Assembly: GCA_965216625.1 (NCBI GenBank) | Contig: OZ244186.1 | Span: 3,594-67,593 of the forward strand | DNA: 64,000 bases | From: Alphaproteobacteria bacterium | Lineage (GTDB): Bacteria; Pseudomonadota; Alphaproteobacteria; JABAAW01 | Reading direction: 5' to 3' | The notes under the pieces: model-generated | Told to the model about the DNA's origin: nothing | Database searches by the model: none | Seen by the model: the letters and a program-made list of their open reading frames with translations, nothing else | In this document: one piece after another, positions 60,398 through 64,000 of the stretch | How the letters are laid out: each line of letters starts with the position of its first letter | How positions within the stretch are numbered: position 1 is the stretch's first letter | Program-made: the position numbers and the translations under genes

Positions 60398-60985
60398 TTG
60401 CAACGCCTCCTGCTGCAACGCATACTAGTCGCCATGTCGAGAAAACACATCTCTTTTTTACTACCCCCCCTGCTGCCGAGCGCAACGATGGTCGCGGTAG
60501 TCGCCCTCTCGAATGTTTGGGCGCAGGAGGCGTATCGCATCAACGACTATCTGCTGTGGGCGAGCTTTACATATCCCCTCGCATTCGCCGTGACCGACTA
60601 TACTACATTGCTCTACGGCGCACCACTCGCACGCCGAGTGCTCGCCTACGGCTTCGTGGTGGCAGGCATCTGCTCCTTTCTGCTCGCAACCCCGCGCATC
60701 GCCATGGCATCGCTAACCGCATTCGCCGTGAGCCAACTGCTCGATATCGCCGTCTTCGTGCGCTTGCGTCGTGCAGCGTGGTGGAAGGCTCCGCTCGTTT
60801 CCAGCAGCATCGCTTCCCTGCTCGATACTTGGCTCTTTTTCGCGCTCGCTTTTTTCGCTAGCGGAATCGCATGGCAGAAACTTGCGCTCGGCGATTTGTG
60901 CGTCAAACTCATATTCGCATTCTGCCTACTCCTGCCATTCCGCTTGCTGTTGCGACACAAGGGGCTCGCGCGCCAAACCCCTTGA
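60398..60985 (+). CDS. yhhQ: Queuosine-precursor transporter of the YhhQ/Vut_1 (DUF165) family.
   Basis: ASFTYPLAFAVTDYTTLLYGAPLARRV, 5-6 TM segments, 195 aa. The start could instead be at MSRKH (60434). Its stop overlaps the queA TTG (TTGA). Confidence 0.55.
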   Translation: MQRLLLQRILVAMSRKHISFLLPPLLPSATMVAVVALSNVWAQEAYRINDYLLWASFTYPLAFAVTDYTTLLYGAPLARRVLAYGFVVAGICSFLLATPRIAMASLTAFAVSQLLDIAVFVRLRRAAWWKAPLVSSSIASLLDTWLFFALAFFASGIAWQKLALGDLCVKLIFAFCLLLPFRLLLRHKGLARQTP

Positions 60986-62085
60986 CAGAATTCATAAACT
61001 TCGACGACTTCCTGCTGCCTCAGGCGCGAATCGCAACGCGACCAAGAGAAAAACGAGAGCAGGCAAAATTGCTCTCTTGTCTCGAAGATGCACCGAAAGA
61101 TTTGCGTATCGAAGACCTTCCCTCCCTGCTTAAGCGCGGCGATGTCGTCGTGCTAAACGACACGAAAGTCCTGCCCGCAAGATTGCAAGCAAGAATCCTC
61201 GAGCGTCGTAACGAGCAGGAAGAAACCTACGTCGAAGTAACTTTGGCAGAAAGAATCGAGCCGAATTTGTTTCGCGCCTTCGTCAAGGGCAAGATAAAAG
61301 AGCAGGCTCAGCTGCAATTCGGCGAGCAATTTGACAACAAAAACCCGCCCTTCTTCGCGCAGCTAGAGGGACGCGACCCCGACGGACTACTACGCTTGAG
61401 GCTCAAAGGGATTAGCGAAGAAGAGCTGTACGACCGACTAGAGACAGACGGCGCGATGCCTCTGCCGCCTTATATGAAGCGCAAACCCGATGCGAAGGAC
61501 AAACAAGATTATCAGACGCTGTTTGCGCGCAATCGCGGTGCGTTTGCTGCTCCCACGGCGGGCAGACACTTCACGCCGCGTTTGTTGGAAGAGCTGCAGC
61601 AGAAGGGCATCGAGACGCTGTTCATAACCCTGCATGTCAGTTTCGGCAGCTTTCGTCCGCTACGCGACGACGAGGTTAAAGCACCTCGCCAAAACCCTCG
61701 TATGGCGAGCGAAGCTGTTGTCGTTTCGGCGGAGGTAGCAGCGCGCATTCAAGCTTGCAAGCAGCGCGGAGGGCGCGTGCTAGCGGTGGGTACTACTGTG
61801 GTGCGTGCGTTGGAGGCGGCTGCCTTGTCTCGAAACGCAACAGAAGGAGGCACATTTTGCGGTGAGACCGACTTGTTTATCGCTGAAGGATTTTCTTTTC
61901 AAACCTGCGATTTGTTGTTGACAAACTTTCATCAGGCGCGGGCTACGCCGTTGTTGCTGACTTGCGCCTTTGTCGGCGAGGAGGGGGTTAAGCGTGCTTA
62001 CGCGCACGCGCGTGCGCGGGCTTCGTATCGCTTTTTTTCCTACGGCGATGCTTGCCTGTTTGCTCGGCGAGCAAGAAGGGGGTGA
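60982..62085 (+). CDS. queA: S-adenosylmethionine:tRNA ribosyltransferase-isomerase.
   Basis: LTEFINFDDFLLPQARIATRPREKREQAKLL, then LPPYMKR and ...VGTTVVRALE. A TTG start at 60982 is inferred; there is no in-frame ATG near the conserved N-terminus. Confidence 0.8.
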   Translation: MTEFINFDDFLLPQARIATRPREKREQAKLLSCLEDAPKDLRIEDLPSLLKRGDVVVLNDTKVLPARLQARILERRNEQEETYVEVTLAERIEPNLFRAFVKGKIKEQAQLQFGEQFDNKNPPFFAQLEGRDPDGLLRLRLKGISEEELYDRLETDGAMPLPPYMKRKPDAKDKQDYQTLFARNRGAFAAPTAGRHFTPRLLEELQQKGIETLFITLHVSFGSFRPLRDDEVKAPRQNPRMASEAVVVSAEVAARIQACKQRGGRVLAVGTTVVRALEAAALSRNATEGGTFCGETDLFIAEGFSFQTCDLLLTNFHQARATPLLLTCAFVGEEGVKRAYAHARARASYRFFSYGDACLFARRARRG

Positions 62086-62149
62086 ATTCTCAAGTGAGCC
62101 TTAAAGAATAACCTCATCCGATGACGCAAGTACAAGATATTGCCACCAA

Positions 62150-62257
62150 CCAACCCTTTTTCTTCCTGACAGAAAGAATATCCTGTCGGCGCGGGAGATG
62201 TTTATATGATGCATGTAATCGTATCATGGCACTTGGCAGATAATACTGCCTATCGTA
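62150..62257. repeat. Intergenic repeat of family 2 (copy 2), between queA and tgt.
   Basis: Shares the core tgtcggcgcgggagatgtttatatgatgcatgtaatcgtatcatggcacttggc with 25455-25600. The distal 32 nt are inverted relative to the other copy. Confidence 0.6.
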
Positions 62258-63436
62258 ATGCCTATGCGGATGACTAAAGCCTATTCTTTTGTCGTGGATT
62301 CTAGCGATGGCGCGGCGCGTGCTTGTACCTATGCCACGCCGCACGGCATCATCCGCACGCCATGCTTCATGCCGGTCGGTACGCAAGCTAGCGTGAAAGG
62401 CGTTTTTCCGCAAACGCTAAAAGATAGCGGCGCTAATGTCATCCTCGCCAACACCTATCACCTCTTGCTACGCCCGCGCCTGGAGGTTTTGGAACGGAGC
62501 GGCGGCGTGCGAGCCTTCATGCGTTGGCAAGGCGCATTACTCACCGATTCGGGCGGATTTCAAGCTCTGTCGCTGGCAGCCCTCGTCAAGGTGGAGGAGG
62601 GTGGCATCGTCTTTCGCTCGCACATCGACGGCACAAAGTTGCACCTGACACCTGAACTCGCCATGCGCGCCCAACGCACCTTCGATTCTACCATCGCCAT
62701 GGCACTGGACGAATGCGTTGCCTCCACCGCTCCCACAGCGCGATTGCGTGCCGCCTTAGAACGCTCGGCATTGTGGGCAGAACGCTCGCTTGCCTGCTGG
62801 CGCGAGCAGCAAGAGAGGATTGAAACGCAAAAATCTTCTCAAGAACAACGCGCGCTGTTCGGTATCGTGCAAGGCGGCTTGGACTTTGCACTCAGACGCT
62901 TGTCGCTTGCGCGCACGCTTGCGCTCGGCTTCGACGGCTACGCACTAGGAGGATTCGCCGTCGGAGAAAATCCTACAGAGCGCAACGCCTTGCTGGAAAA
63001 AGTAACCCCCCTGCTGCCGCAAGAACAACCTCGATACCTGATGGGCGTGGGCAAGCCGCGCGACCTCGTAGAAGCCGTCGCCTGCGGTATCGACCTCTTC
63101 GATTGCGTCCTCCCCACGCGCAGCGGACGCAGCGGCCAAGCCTTCTGCTTTATCGACAATGGGTCTCACCTCATCACGCGCAACCTCCGCAACGCACGCT
63201 ACAAGGACGACCTGCAACCCCTAGAGCAATCCTGTCCCTGCCCCTGTTGCGCGCAAGGCTTCTCGCGCGCCTACCTGCTCCATCTCGTCAAGGCGGGCGA
63301 AATGCTCGCCTCGATGCTGTTGAGCGCGCACAACCTCTTCTTCTATCAGCGTCTTATGACGCAAGCGCGCTCCGCCGTGAAAGAACAACGCTTCGCAGCA
63401 TTCCTCGCAACCTGTCGAGAAGAGCATGACGACTGA
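62258..63436 (+). CDS. tgt: Queuine tRNA-ribosyltransferase.
   Basis: TPCFMPVGTQASVKG, LGFDGYALGGFAVGE, and Zn site CPCPCC...H. Confidence 0.9.
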   Translation: MPMRMTKAYSFVVDSSDGAARACTYATPHGIIRTPCFMPVGTQASVKGVFPQTLKDSGANVILANTYHLLLRPRLEVLERSGGVRAFMRWQGALLTDSGGFQALSLAALVKVEEGGIVFRSHIDGTKLHLTPELAMRAQRTFDSTIAMALDECVASTAPTARLRAALERSALWAERSLACWREQQERIETQKSSQEQRALFGIVQGGLDFALRRLSLARTLALGFDGYALGGFAVGENPTERNALLEKVTPLLPQEQPRYLMGVGKPRDLVEAVACGIDLFDCVLPTRSGRSGQAFCFIDNGSHLITRNLRNARYKDDLQPLEQSCPCPCCAQGFSRAYLLHLVKAGEMLASMLLSAHNLFFYQRLMTQARSAVKEQRFAAFLATCREEHDD

Positions 63437-64000
63437 CACAAGCGACACAATCGAACCCTCGCTTGCCACCACCGAGCAAGCGCGTCTTTCTGCGCGGGCG
63501 CGTGCTTTGGGCTTCTCCTGCTTTGGCGTGAGCGCGCCTCGACTGGGGGAGGTAGCACAGACGCGTTTGCGTGCCTTCGTCGCCGAAGGGCAATTTGGCA
63601 CGATGGAGTGGTTCGCAAGGCGATTGGAAGAAAGGCTGGACCCTAAAAAATTGTGGGGGGAGGCGCGCTCGGCGCTCGTGCTTGGTATCGACTATACGCA
63701 CGAGGGCGATGCTTACAAAACTTGGCAACGCAAACTTGCCGACCGAGGACTTGCGGGCATCGCACTCTACGCGCAGGGCGAGGACTATCACGAGGTTGTC
63801 AAAAAGCGTCTGAAGATTTTCGCACGATGGCTTTGCTCGGCATACGACACGCAAGCGAAGGTGTTCGTCGATACAGCTCCCTTGAGCGAAAAGAGCCTCG
63901 CAGCGCAAGCGGGGTTAGGGTGGATTGGCAAGAACACGCAAGTGGTTTCGCGCTCGCACGGCTGTTGGCTTTTCTTGGGGGTGGTGCTGACAGCGCACGA
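63426..64000 (+). CDS. queG: Epoxyqueuosine reductase QueG (N-terminal part; truncated by the window end).
   Basis: GTMEWFARRLEERLDPKKLWGEARSALVLGIDY...AQAGLGWIGKNTQVV matches the QueG N-terminal pattern. It overlaps the tgt stop by 11 nt. Confidence 0.65.
   Translation, partial: MTTDTSDTIEPSLATTEQARLSARARALGFSCFGVSAPRLGEVAQTRLRAFVAEGQFGTMEWFARRLEERLDPKKLWGEARSALVLGIDYTHEGDAYKTWQRKLADRGLAGIALYAQGEDYHEVVKKRLKIFARWLCSAYDTQAKVFVDTAPLSEKSLAAQAGLGWIGKNTQVVSRSHGCWLFLGVVLTAH

Overview
This window looks like a high-GC alphaproteobacterial chromosome segment. The hom-glpX-recJ synteny, sdhCDAB, alphaproteobacterial-type tuf and L22/L23, and a ChvI/ChvG-like two-component pair support that placement, but no organism is named.

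Core content runs as follows.
- Three tandem small beta-barrel outer-membrane-protein (OMP) paralogs.
- comM/yifB.
- The sdhCDAB operon.
- A minus-strand marR, OmpR-family response regulator and histidine kinase operon.
- ilvE, recX-like, msrP, hom, glpX, recJ and an orphan TRAP substrate-binding-protein (SBP) gene.
- rplY, prs, leuA, a DUF1489-like gene, etfD (ETF-QO) and a pcm-like gene.
- A 16.4-kb minus-strand ribosomal super-operon of 27 genes, rpsL-rpsG-fusA-tuf-rpsJ...rplO-secY-adk.
- An acuI/yhdH-like oxidoreductase and a P-loop hypothetical.
- A giant 1689-aa NAD-glutamate dehydrogenase.
- yaaA, two tandem alkaline-ceramidase/CREST-family 7-TM paralogs, a DUF1640-like coiled-coil membrane protein and a 1503-aa RTX calcium-binding giant protein.
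- A tusA-like gene and a yhhQ-queA-tgt-queG queuosine cluster.

The intergenic space is loaded with a modular family of GC-rich palindromic interspersed repeats (MITE/REP-like nests), including a 1.2-kb nest. A recurrent GGGGA-N5-TCCCC hairpin motif also occurs, once as a 4x tandem array directly after the RTX stop codon. G/C homopolymer tracts are present.

Other notable points:
- Low-complexity extensions on many ribosomal proteins.
- Patchy G/T-ending codon usage that switches mid-gene.
- A second repeat family with an inverted internal segment.

No tRNA or rRNA genes, IS elements, transposases or CRISPR arrays were found.
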